DNA of 64,000 nt from Adineta vaga (GCA_021613535.1 CP075496.1:8866001-8930000); one strand, 5' to 3'. Shown: positions 12,358 to 23,611, counted from the first letter of the stretch. Numbers and translations: made by a program. The notes: a model not told the origin generated them from the letters alone.

Positions 12358-14190
12358 TCAGTTGTCATTGACGTTTTTGTTGTTTACTCGCTTTGTTTGA
12401 ATATCTTCATTAAACATTAGTAGTTTCTCTATTTCTGGTCTTTGACCAACATTCTTTTGAAGATAATCAGCAATTCTATAATCAAATGTATTACCATCTG
12501 CTAATATTTTCTCTAGTTCATCCAAATACTTCTGTTCATTCATACAAACAGCAAGAACTGCAAGACAAGCTTCATGTGTTTCTTCCTGATTCAATGCATT
12601 TATTAAACAATTCTTTACTTTTTGATCATCTATAATAAATAGAAACAAGATATTACTATTTATATAAACGAGAATAATTAATATACCAATAAAAGGTGAT
12701 AATGCTAAACAACATTTCACAACTAAAGCACTTGATCTACCAATTCCCAATGTTAGAAAATCATCTGATGAATCGTTATCATTGTTTTTTGATTGGACTG
12801 GTTCTTCAATTACGCTAATTAATAATGGAATTGCTCTTGGGTCACCTAATTTCGCAAGTGCATTTGGAATATTCATTGGAAAAAATACATTAAGCTAAAA
12901 ACAACAAATAACTTGATAGTTCAAAAGATGTTTTTTTTTCTTATTAACCTACATCTTGTGGTAATAAGTTTGCTAAAATTTCGAATAATTGATCATTTTT
13001 CATACCAGCTAATGCATTAACTGCACCTTTAATTGTACATACACTCCGTTGTTTTTTTAAAAGAGTCATCAATAATGTATTGACAAAGTCTCGTTCATCG
13101 GCTTCAAATGTTATTCCACGATGTTCAAGTATTTCGAATGCTTTATCTTCGACCTTACCATGATAATGATGATAACAAATAGCTGCTAAAAATTCTGTAG
13201 ATCGTTTCGATATATCAGCTGCAAGTGTTATTTCAACGCATTCCAATGCATTATCAGATTGTAACATATCCACTAACGAAAGATTTTCAGTATTGTATTC
13301 AATAAACTGACAGAAGGAAGGAACCCATGAATAGAATTTATATTTCAGTGTAATTCATCCGCTTGACTTATATCATCCTTTTCAGTAAAATAAGTAGCAC
13401 AAAGTTTATACGCTTTCGCAAATGTTGGTTCTGTAGCGATCAATTGTTGAAGTCTAACATATGCTTGTTCTTTCTTTCCTTGTTGCCATGAACAATCAGC
13501 AGCTTTGTAAAGGCATTCAACGTTTCCATCATTCTGCAGAAAATAAAGAAAGATATTGAAAAAACGAAAGCAAATATATTCATACGTTAAAAGCATCTTC
13601 ATAAATCGTCGTAGCACCATCAAAATCTCCAGATGTAAATAAAGCTTGAGCCAATTGAGTATAAATTTTCGTTTTTATTTCTAATTGATTTTCTAGAATT
13701 TTATTCAACGCTTTCCTATAATGTTCGATTGCTCCTTGAATTCGTTCTGTTTTCCATTTTGATTCTTCTTCTTCACTCATCTTTGATGAACTATAACATA
13801 CTTGATTGTATTTATGTGATACACCAGATCCATCACAACCTAATTGAAAACAGAAAAATGTATTGAAATTACAAAAAGTTTTCTTTTACCTTGACGATAC
13901 ATTATTCGAGCTGTTCCAATAGATATATTAATCCAGTCAATCAATTGTTCTCCTTGAAGTTTATCAATGCCTTCATCATTAGACTCGAGAACTTGTAATG
14001 CATCTTTCCATGCTTGAACTGCTTCATTATGTTGTCCCATATAGTTACGAAAGTTTCCAAGAAGACGATGAACTCTATAATTTTCAATATCTGTAGGTAA
14101 TTCATGAATCAATGTTTGTAGTTCATCAATTGCTTGTTTATGTTTACCAGACCGGAATATTTCACTTACTTCACCTAATTTTGTTTACAT
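12358..14190 (-). pseudogene. TPR-repeat + HEAT/PBS-lyase-like repeat protein, multi-exon, disrupted
   Basis: TPR-like helices (LLGNFRNYMGQHNEAVQAWKDALQ; LAQALFTSGDFDGA) and HEAT-like NALAKLGDPRAIPLLI. ATG at 14190 is followed immediately by in-frame TAA, and there is a frameshift at ~13345 without intron signals. Confidence 0.6.
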
Positions 14191-15204
14191 AATCTTTAAA
14201 ATCAATGACTAAAGAAAGATGCTAGTCTTTTTACTATATTAATTATGATAAAGTTTGTCGTTTCAACGAGGAAAATTCACACATAGCTTATTATTACTTT
14301 TACAATTCAATCAATTCGTTTTTGATAGTATAAGCTTAAACTATACAAATGAGAGAATATACTGATGAATTATAAATCTCATCTGCAAAAAGTGACAATA
14401 AAACATATATTAACTATGAGTAATAAAAGCGGTCTGTTTACTTACCTAATAATCTGTGTAAAAACAACAGAATGATAAGCATTCGCTTTACCAGATGGTA
14501 ATTTCCAACAGATGTATGACTAAATACCTATTTCAAAATAGAAGAGAAATAACTTTGTCATGCGTTGAGAAGACGACAATCAAGAAAAAACTTTATCTTA
14601 GTGACACACATATTTTGATGTTTTTTTTTTCTTTTTCATTCTGTTCGATTATAGATGTACTGTGTATTGGTGGTGAATATGTTGGTAGCAAAAACAAAGA
14701 CTAGTCATATAGAAACACATGTGCTTGTGTAAAGAGTTCTCTTTTCTTTATCTGTTGAAAGAAGAATCGTTTTTAATATTCAATGATATAAATCTAATTA
14801 CTCATATGTAATATAGAAATACAACAAAGAGAATGAACAATATGAACGAAGATGATACTTAATATAGTATTATGATTATCATGAAATATATATTTGAATA
14901 TTATTCTTTGGAAAGCTCTAAATATACCGAATTCACTTAAGAGGAATGTCGACATTGTCCATTGTAACCAGTGGAAAAGAAACTTCCCTTACGCATTTTG
15001 AAGATCGGGATTGGTATGCGCCTTGCTTATTGCTTAGGAGAATAACCGAAACACACATGCCCGGGATAAATGACTTTCAAACATTAAAAAAATCAACAAA
15101 ATACTGAATAATTTAGATTAAAGAAAAATGAGTTATATTTGAAAGAAAAATAATATCAACTCATGATTATTCATCAAAGGTTAATCGATGAAAAGTTTCT
15201 GCTT

Positions 15205-15417
15205 TTAAGTGCACCAAGCTCCACCCCAGTTAACTCGACATTTATTACAACATGGAATTTTTCCACCACAATCAGCACCTGCAGGAGCACAATCATTGGT
15301 AGATTTTAAACCACGTTGTTCAAGAATGGATAAAATAGAACCAGCTTCTGCTACATAAATCATCAAAAACGATGCAAAAACACCAGCAATAAGAAGAAAT
15401 CGTATCGAAGAATGCAT
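15205..15417 (-). CDS. Small secreted cysteine-knot (ICK/knottin) peptide precursor
   Basis: Signal peptide (MHSSIRFLLIAGVFASFLMIYVAEA), short pro-region ending in R, and mature C-x6-C-x5-CC-x2-C-x8-C. Confidence 0.8.
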   Translation of the reverse strand: MHSSIRFLLIAGVFASFLMIYVAEAGSILSILEQRGLKSTNDCAPAGADCGGKIPCCNKCRVNWGGAWCT

Positions 15418-15603
15418 GATTACTGTTAATTTAAAAGAATTAATAATATTGGCGTATAAATAGTATATTACAACAAATGAAAAAGCGATATGTATATATC
15501 GATCAAGTGTCAGATGGTGCTATTCTCATATGCTCATGTATTCCATGTTTTTTTATCAATTTAATAATTCAGGACGTCGTAATGTTTGCATCGTCATAAT
15601 ATA

Positions 15604-15627
15604 ATATATATATATATATATATATAT
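15604..15627. repeat. (TA)n microsatellite
   Basis: Direct inspection. Confidence 0.85.
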
Positions 15628-16955
15628 CGATCAATAAAATTGATTATCACAATGATGCAGTGAAAATACTAAGAACATTTTGAATAAACGTAGAAACAGT
15701 GGTGATGACCGTTATGGACATACACGAGCATCAAAAACATTATATGGAAATTTGAAACTATCAATATAAGCTATGTTGATAAAAGCTAATTACTACGTAT
15801 ACATCCAAAAGGAATTTTTGGACAGCGCAAGAAGACGTGTTGTTTAGTGTTTTGTGTAAGTAACACTGTAGTAATACTCAACAGTATTGATTTTCATCGT
15901 TTCTCAAGTGTAACTGGTATATTGATGGTCAGTTATCGGCATCCAATTTAATTGTCTGTTGAGATTGACTGTGGACCTGATAATATTATTCTTGCAATAC
16001 ACAATGTAGATGCGATATTAGTTACTCATTTATTTCTATTTTGGTAATAATAACTGTCTCACTATTGAGTAATATAGAGAGTGAAAACTTGGTTCTAGCA
16101 GAAAATCTTTCATATTTTAGATCCATTTGGAAACTTCACATTTATCGGTTTACTTTATTTTACGTATTCATTACTCGTTCAGATTCTTTATTTTTGCTGC
16201 TGTAAGAAGGTGCCATTTATTTCCCGATGTTTGTAATAGGAATTAAATATGAGAAACAGAAAATTGAGTAGAAGTTCATTCTCGTTGAAAAATATTAAAT
16301 GGAGATTGTCTTAAGTTTTGTATTTGACATAATCAACAAGAGATATCATTAATATCTAGAATAATAAGTTTTTCTTTGGAACTGTTCAATAATGACTGAG
16401 GATATTCTCAAGGGAACATCGGATCATCGAGTAATACTTTCGTAATAACTGGATCAATAAATGAATAAACTATTTTTCTACTTATTCATTTTATTCCTGA
16501 AAGAATACATATTCAATTATTCGATGATAACAAGGCATCTCGTCATGTACTAATTGATTGAACTAGTTTATAATATAGAAAAGATGTATTGCATTATCAA
16601 ACAATGATTTATTGACAGTATTATTTAAACACAATTCGAGGCCCGAGTGTTATTGAATAAAACAAGAGACTTTTTCACTGTAACTAATTTATTTTATTAA
16701 TATAGATAACATTGATATAAAGTGTTTCATTCAATGCTATTGTTATAGTCATATTGTATTTTCACTCATACTTGGTACTTATTCAGGGAATGTCTAGAGA
16801 CAAGATGAGAAATTATACATAGAGACGACAACGATGTTCAGTCTTCATTTTAATTCTTATTTTATTTCTATATAAGTGATCTAATTTCTTCGACATCATA
16901 CTCATAGAAAATGGCCTATATTGCTTTTATGTTTTGTTTTTTTCTAGATACTATC

Positions 16956-18502
16956 ATGTCATTATCACCGTGCAAAACAGGACCAGGATATGCTAGTCCG
17001 CTTGAGGCTATGCAAAAGGCACCACATGAAAAAATCATCTACGTTTCTATGTTACCATGTGACGATAATCAACCAAATTATATTGCAACAATTGATGTTG
17101 ATCCTGCGTCTCCTAATTATCAAAAGGTTCTTGATCGAATGTATTTTCCAAATCTTCAAGATGAAATACATCATTATGGTTGGAATGCTTGTTCATCATG
17201 CCATTCAGATTGTACAAAACAACGGCGATTTTTAATTTTTGGTTGTTTGAAATCATCACGAATCTATATTGTTGATACCATCAATGAAAGAAAGCCATGT
17301 CTTTATAAAACCATTGAAGGTGAAGATGTTAAGAAGTTTGATTTAAGTTCTCCACATACAATTCATTGTTTAGGTAATGAAGAAAAGTATCTTCTATTTG
17401 TTGACTTTTCTTTCGAAAATGTTTTTATTTTCTAGCTAGTGGTGAAATTATGCTCTGCTGTTTGGGAAACGCAAACGGTGAACTACCAGGTGGTTTTCTT
17501 TTACTTAGTGAAGAATTTGAAATTGTTGGTCGTTGGAATACAGATGATTTACCATCACCCGCTCGAATTTATTACGATTTTTGGTATCAACCAAGACATA
17601 ATGTTATGGTTAGCAGTGAATGGGCAGCACCAAATGTTTTTGATAAAGGTAAAACTTCTTTTTTCTTTCATTAAATTTACGAAAACTGTGGCGTTCATTT
17701 AGGTTTTAATCCGAATGATGTACCTTTGGGTAAATATGGTCGTCAATTACATTTTTGGGATTGGTCACAACGTAAACATATAAAAACAGTTGATCTCGGA
17801 GCAGATGGATATATTCCACTTGAAACACGTTTTTGCCATGATCCATCAGTACCATATGGTTACGTTTGTTGTGCATTAGGTAGTACAATTTATCGATTTT
17901 TTCAAGATGATGCAAATGAATGGCAAGCAGAAAAAATTATTCAGGTGGATGCTGTCAATGGAGATGATGGACAACCAATACCAGCTTGTATTTCGGATAT
18001 TGTTCTATCAATGAATGATAAATTTCGTACGTAATCTATTTTTTTTTCAAAAAAATTATTTTATTCCTAACGAAATATATGTTTGTTACATTTAGTTTAT
18101 TTTGCTAATTGGTTTCATGGAGATGTTCGTCAATATGATGTTACTGACCCATTAAATCCAAAATTAACTGGGCAAGTTTGGATTGGTGGTTTATTAAAAC
18201 ATGAACATCATTTTGAAGATGGTCGTCCATTAACTGGTGGACCACAAATGTTGCAATTATCACTCGATGGTAAACGTTTATATTTTACCAACTCACTTTA
18301 TTCAGCATGGGATAATCAATTCTATCCGGAAATCAAAGAAAATGGTTCCTATTTAGTGAAAATCGATTGTGACAGTGAAAATGGTGGCATGACATTGGAT
18401 CAAGATTTTTTTATGAACTTTAAAGAAGAACCAAGTGGTCCGACACGTGCTCATGAAATACGTTATCCTGGCGGAGATTGTACATCAGATATTTGGGCTT
18501 AA
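16956..18502 (+). CDS. SELENBP1: Selenium-binding protein 1 / methanethiol oxidase; 4 coding exons
   Basis: GPGYASPLEAM, DEIHHYGWNACSSC, YDFWYQPRHNVMVSSEW, GGPQMLQLSLDGKRLY.TNSLYSAWDNQFYP, and terminal RYPGGDCTSDIW. Three short GT-AG introns join the ORFs. Confidence 0.95.
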
Positions 18503-18681
18503 AAATATATCAATTCAAATTATAAACACTGCTTTATTTCTCTCCTTACGTATTATCATATTTTATCGCTTTTCTATCCCCTTCTAGCTTTTGTAATTGA
18601 ATTTGTGTGCATGTCGATTTAAAGAAAAGAAAAAAAAATCAATAAATGTATTTCTATAGAAAAATATTTTAAATCTAATTG

Positions 18682-21600
18682 TTAAAGAAGAGTATGAATA
18701 AACATTAAGATTTCACAATTCTCGTCAGTTGGTGTCGACTGCAATAGAACTTGCTTCAATTGTTTGACAGTTGCAAACAATAAACTTCCTTGCTCATTAG
18801 GCTCAAGATTGAATGAATTCCATATAGAATTCAAACTCAATTTGACTTTTATAAGTTTTTCTGGTAATTGTAATATCACTTGAGAAGCATCAAGAACAGA
18901 TAAGTGACCATGTTCGTTGATTATTTTATTGAGATAATTATTTTGATCGTTTTCTTTACCTAATACTTTTGGAAATGATAAATAAGTAATACGAGATCGA
19001 AATTCTGCAAGACGTTGACAATCATCACTAAATGGAATATTCAATATTGTCATCAGTTGATTAGCAGCCTTAGTCAACTTCGTTTTAGCTACTAATGTGA
19101 TCGAATCAAAAGTAGCATTATTGTTAGCAGTTGATACTATTATTGTTGTTGGCATCGTCATATATTTAGCTTTGTTTCCACAAGTTTTATAATAATCTAT
19201 TGATTGAATTAAAGTTGGATAGAGTGCATGTAATAATGTAGCCATGCGTTCAGCGATATCAATAACTTCTTGTTCATTACCCGATTGAGTCATTCGACCA
19301 ATGAAAAGTTTATGAAAATCTTCTAGAGTCATTGTATAACAGAGAGCTGTTACTTTACAACTAGGTTGCGTTAAATTAAAAATTTCATTTCCATGTTCAC
19401 CCCAAGTATGTCGTGGTTGATTTAAGAATTCAAAATGAGTACGTGCTGCAATTGTTGAAGCAAGAAAAAGACGCTGTGGATTAGTATCTTTTCCTTGAAC
19501 TCGTAGTAATGGTACATTCATGGCATTCGTTTTACTTGATGTTAAACGAGCTACTTTGGCTTCATGGTGAGCAACAAATTCTAAAGACGTTTCAATTGAT
19601 ATACCACTTAGAAGAAATGTGACCATGCCCAAACGATGCAGAATAGGACTTTCAGCAAGAATCATCACACCAGGACGTGTAACAAATGTACCATCAAAAA
19701 TTTGACCATCACCGGCTTCAATCATTTCTAACATCGTCGACGTATACAATGATTCGTTTGATGTTAATGGACGACCAAGATATTTAACCAATTGTGCTAA
19801 CTGTTTGGTACGATAATCTTCAATACTAAAAATTCGATTGGATATACTTGTCAAGTCTTCGTAATACGTTAGACCTTTATCATAATTGATATAGAATGGA
19901 TCGAATAATGGATAGACTTCAGCATAGGTAATTTCGTCATCATATGAAATGAGATTTTTTTCTGCTAAACAATGAAGATATTGTTCATACATAGAACGAA
20001 CAATATTTACATCATTCATTATCATATTTCCATCAGATAAATTTAACATGTATGTGATAATTTCTTGGCGTACACGATGCGACTCAGACAAAAAGTGAAA
20101 CTTCGAAGTGATAGCCAACTGAGCTGTAATCCATTTTGTAAATGCTTTAAATAGTCGTTTTGGTGCTTCTAATAGAGTTGGAATTTGCATATCTAGAACA
20201 GGACGTACTTTTTTATTGTAAACAATATCAAATACAGCATCAATAAAATCATTGATTTCACCATTAAGAGCATTCGTATGTGTTTCTTTGATTTGAACAA
20301 GAAAGGAATCAATTGATTCGATCTGTTCTACATGATTCAATGTACGCAATGGTTCAACATCTGACCACCATCGAGCCATTTCTTCTGATCGTGTAACCAT
20401 ATTTTCATAGTTATGTTCAGTCCAACGATAATCTTCAGCAAAGAATGGTGCAAACTTTTCTTTAAATTCAATTAATGATGGTGTATTTTTTCCTTGTGGA
20501 AGCATTTGAATGTATGCGGAATCATCTCCACGAAGACAATATTTATAATTAGCTTGAATAATTTGTTTCAAATTATCGATTCGATGATTTGAATCAGTTA
20601 AATCAATATTTAAATCACAAAATAATGGATAAATACGTCGTTTATTAAAATCATAATCAACATTCGATTTTGCTAATCCATCAATTAATAACATGTCAGC
20701 AAGTGCCATTGTTGTTGCTTCGCTTATCATACGCCAAGCAATGTAAGCACGTCGATGAAAAATAGAATTTGTACCTGTAAAGACTAAATCAGGAATAGCA
20801 AAATGACCAAAATCATGTGCCATAAAGGTATCTTCGTGAATAGCATCATTCTTAGCAGTCAATGGTAATCCACCATTTAAACCTGGACTCCAATAATTAG
20901 CTTGTCGACGATTACCAGCTGAACGAAAGAAAATACCTTTATTCAAAACATGTTTAATCAAATTAAGAAAACCATAATCAATAACTTTCGGATTATTATA
21001 TGTAGAATTACCAGCAACATAATCAGCAACATCAAGTGAAAAATCAATAGCTCGTTTAGCTTTTGCTGGTGGATCAAATTTTAAATTAAGTAATGTTTTA
21101 TAATGGATTCTTTGTTTGATAAAAGCAGATATGACCATATCACGAGCAGAATGTTTTATTCCAGCTTCATTTAGTTCTTGATAACTCATACCACTAGCAT
21201 CAACAATAAAAATATCATCCCAACCGAAAACAGACGAATCAATTCCTACAGGTAAATGTCGTCGAGATAGATCAATTTTACCCATTACTGAATGCTTGAA
21301 TTCTGTTCTTATTTTTTCATTAGTTGTATTGTCAAACCAAATGGCAACTAAATTGGCTTGATTAATTACTCGAACACCATGTCGTAGACTGCTTAATTGA
21401 TTTGTACCTGGTCGATATAGATTACTTCGTTCTGTAATCAATGCAAGTTGAACAAGATTGGAAATCTTCTGACATAGCAATAAATCTGCATTTGAATTAT
21501 CAGAATCACTAATAAATGTTGGAGGTACACGAATGATTTCAATACCATAGAGTTTTTCAAAAATTTGTACATGTTCACGATATTTTCGAAGATTAGCAGT

Positions 21601-22365
21601 ACGTAAATAGACTATTCGTCGAACAATGCCAGTACGTCGACCTTGTTTTTCGTTTTCATCGAGTGCACGTTGACGAAATTCAGTAATAATTTTTGTTTTA
21701 TCTGAATCATCCTTCATCGGCAAGTTAGCTTCTAACCATTGATACGAATCGAGATACGTTAATTTTTGTTGTTCGAATGCAATTAATTGAGAAAGAATTT
21801 CTTGATGAATATTTTCAGGAGATTGATCATTGCAAGTTATTTTGATCAATAAATTTCGTGATTCAAGTATACTAACGAGAGGAAGAGTTTCTTGTTGAAA
21901 AACTACATATCGATGTTCAGCAGTTTCATCATTATCATCAGCGCGACCACGACGTTTTCGTCGTTCATCCAATTCATTCTTTGGTACATCGAGATAGATT
22001 GCTGCAAATATTTCTCGATCCAAGTTCAATAAAATATTTTCCAAAATATTAAGATGTGATGGATTTCGAGGATATCCATCTAGGATCATACCTTTTTGAT
22101 ATATTGACTCGTTAAATTTATTCGTAAGAAAACTTGTCGTAAGTTCATTGGGAATCAATTCACCTGTATCCATATAGGTTTTTATCTGTTGACCGAGTGT
22201 ACTATTACTAGCCACTTCACTACGGAAAAGATCACCCGTAGATACATAAGGTCGTTCAAGAACTTTGCTAAGAAGAACACCTTGTGTACCTTTACCGGAA
22301 AGTGGAGCACCAATAAAAACAATTATATTACAATCGAGTAATTGTTGAAGATGAGTTAAAGCCAT
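18682..22365 (-). CDS. Intronless 1227-aa multidomain nucleotide-metabolism protein: adenylate/NMP kinase + Ham1/ITPase-like + unassigned HDxxH domain + ThyX-like region
   Basis: AK motifs GAPLSGKGTQ, STGDLFR, ILDGYPR, RGRADDN. Ham1-like TANLRKYRE, FGWDDIF, KHSAR. HDFGH. ThyX-like VTFLLSGISIETSLEFVAHH, YTMTLEDFHKLFIGR..EQEVIDIAERM, AEFRSRITYLSF..HGHLSVLD. Confidence 0.8.
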   Translation of the reverse strand: MALTHLQQLLDCNIIVFIGAPLSGKGTQGVLLSKVLERPYVSTGDLFRSEVASNSTLGQQIKTYMDTGELIPNELTTSFLTNKFNESIYQKGMILDGYPRNPSHLNILENILLNLDREIFAAIYLDVPKNELDERRKRRGRADDNDETAEHRYVVFQQETLPLVSILESRNLLIKITCNDQSPENIHQEILSQLIAFEQQKLTYLDSYQWLEANLPMKDDSDKTKIITEFRQRALDENEKQGRRTGIVRRIVYLRTANLRKYREHVQIFEKLYGIEIIRVPPTFISDSDNSNADLLLCQKISNLVQLALITERSNLYRPGTNQLSSLRHGVRVINQANLVAIWFDNTTNEKIRTEFKHSVMGKIDLSRRHLPVGIDSSVFGWDDIFIVDASGMSYQELNEAGIKHSARDMVISAFIKQRIHYKTLLNLKFDPPAKAKRAIDFSLDVADYVAGNSTYNNPKVIDYGFLNLIKHVLNKGIFFRSAGNRRQANYWSPGLNGGLPLTAKNDAIHEDTFMAHDFGHFAIPDLVFTGTNSIFHRRAYIAWRMISEATTMALADMLLIDGLAKSNVDYDFNKRRIYPLFCDLNIDLTDSNHRIDNLKQIIQANYKYCLRGDDSAYIQMLPQGKNTPSLIEFKEKFAPFFAEDYRWTEHNYENMVTRSEEMARWWSDVEPLRTLNHVEQIESIDSFLVQIKETHTNALNGEINDFIDAVFDIVYNKKVRPVLDMQIPTLLEAPKRLFKAFTKWITAQLAITSKFHFLSESHRVRQEIITYMLNLSDGNMIMNDVNIVRSMYEQYLHCLAEKNLISYDDEITYAEVYPLFDPFYINYDKGLTYYEDLTSISNRIFSIEDYRTKQLAQLVKYLGRPLTSNESLYTSTMLEMIEAGDGQIFDGTFVTRPGVMILAESPILHRLGMVTFLLSGISIETSLEFVAHHEAKVARLTSSKTNAMNVPLLRVQGKDTNPQRLFLASTIAARTHFEFLNQPRHTWGEHGNEIFNLTQPSCKVTALCYTMTLEDFHKLFIGRMTQSGNEQEVIDIAERMATLLHALYPTLIQSIDYYKTCGNKAKYMTMPTTIIVSTANNNATFDSITLVAKTKLTKAANQLMTILNIPFSDDCQRLAEFRSRITYLSFPKVLGKENDQNNYLNKIINEHGHLSVLDASQVILQLPEKLIKVKLSLNSIWNSFNLEPNEQGSLLFATVKQLKQVLLQSTPTDENCEILMFIHTLL

Positions 22366-22732
22366 ATCAACGTAATACAGTATCGTCTTTATCGAAATAC
22401 AGGCCTGGTTTAGGCGTTATATAGCTCTCACAATGCGGCGTCATAAATTTTCGATTTTTGACGCATATTTATTCATACTTTTTACGTTGAAGTCGAACAG
22501 TATTATACTTGTCATCAAAATAACAACAACAAAACTATGTGCGTATAAGAGAAAATAATAAAAACACAACCGAAAGACCGACAGAAGGTTAAGAAAAAAA
22601 ATCGATATGAATCATCATGACATTATCAATAAGAGAATATGATAAAGAAAACAAAATTGCACAGCTTAGTTTGATTCATGTATGATTTTGTATTTCTCTA
22701 TAAACTATGATAATTTAGCAGGATATTTTCGA

Positions 22733-23611
22733 TCATATATTCATTTTCTTCAAGACAGATGCTTTCAATGGATCTGTAAGTTGAAATAAAGCAATCACAA
22801 CGAATGTCAAAGATAAATTGATAAATACACCTGCGATTCGAAAATGATATTTTGGTGGATCAGTAAAAAATGACATAAATATAAATAATGTATAAGGTAA
22901 ACCAAGTAACACTAGTATTGTTAAGATAATAACTATTTGACGAATCATTTTTAATTCGCGTTGATTTCGATAGAAAGTATATCTTGTTGTAATGCGTGTA
23001 CCAACTTTTGTAACATATCGAATTAATTTTAAATAAATCATTTGAATGATAGTTACCGGTATCAGATAGGCATTGCAGATCGTAAAGAGTAATGAAAAGG
23101 ATAATTTGAGTGGAATTTGACATAATTGATTATTAGCATTGTAAATAATATCACCCGTAAATATAAATTTTGATGGATATAAAAATCCATATACCCATGT
23201 CAAACAAATAAGTAAGAGTTGAATTTTCTTCGTTTGCCAAAATAATTGTGTCGGATAAACAACAATAACATATCGATACAGAGCTTGTAATAAAAATGAA
23301 TAATTCATTATTGCTGTCAGTGTATAACTAAGATAACCTCGAAAGACACAAAATGAATCTTGTCGATCAATTTGTTCGATATCATTAATTAATGAAACAA
23401 TGACCATACTCAATATATTACTTGCCAATAATATTTGAGCTAAAAATGAATTTGCAACTAAAATCATACATATTGTATGACATGTTCTATCGAAGAAAAT
23501 TATGAATAAAAATAGACTACCAAGAAGAATTGATAGAATGAGAAATATCATCATGGTTATATCTAAAGCAAGTAACCATGATTCGAATAGGAGTGTAGAT
23601 GAGATATTCAT
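22733..23611 (-). CDS. Intronless orphan rhodopsin-like 7TM GPCR
   Basis: 7 TM; FCVFRGY (TM3 Cys), QALYRY (DRY-like), RELKMIRQI before TM6, and TDPLK. Likely ATG (MNISS) at 23611. Confidence 0.85.
   Translation of the reverse strand: MNISSTLLFESWLLALDITMMIFLILSILLGSLFLFIIFFDRTCHTICMILVANSFLAQILLASNILSMVIVSLINDIEQIDRQDSFCVFRGYLSYTLTAIMNYSFLLQALYRYVIVVYPTQLFWQTKKIQLLLICLTWVYGFLYPSKFIFTGDIIYNANNQLCQIPLKLSFSLLFTICNAYLIPVTIIQMIYLKLIRYVTKVGTRITTRYTFYRNQRELKMIRQIVIILTILVLLGLPYTLFIFMSFFTDPPKYHFRIAGVFINLSLTFVVIALFQLTDPLKASVLKKMNI

Noticed and set aside
15660-16460. Exon-like fragments between the knottin and SELENBP1
   Set aside because: No consistent frame or recognisable motif.
18682-22365. Bacterial contamination as the source of the intronless fusion gene
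   Set aside because: It is contiguous with intron-containing SELENBP1 and a GPCR, has similar AT-rich composition, and shows no operon context. Read-level confirmation is still advisable.
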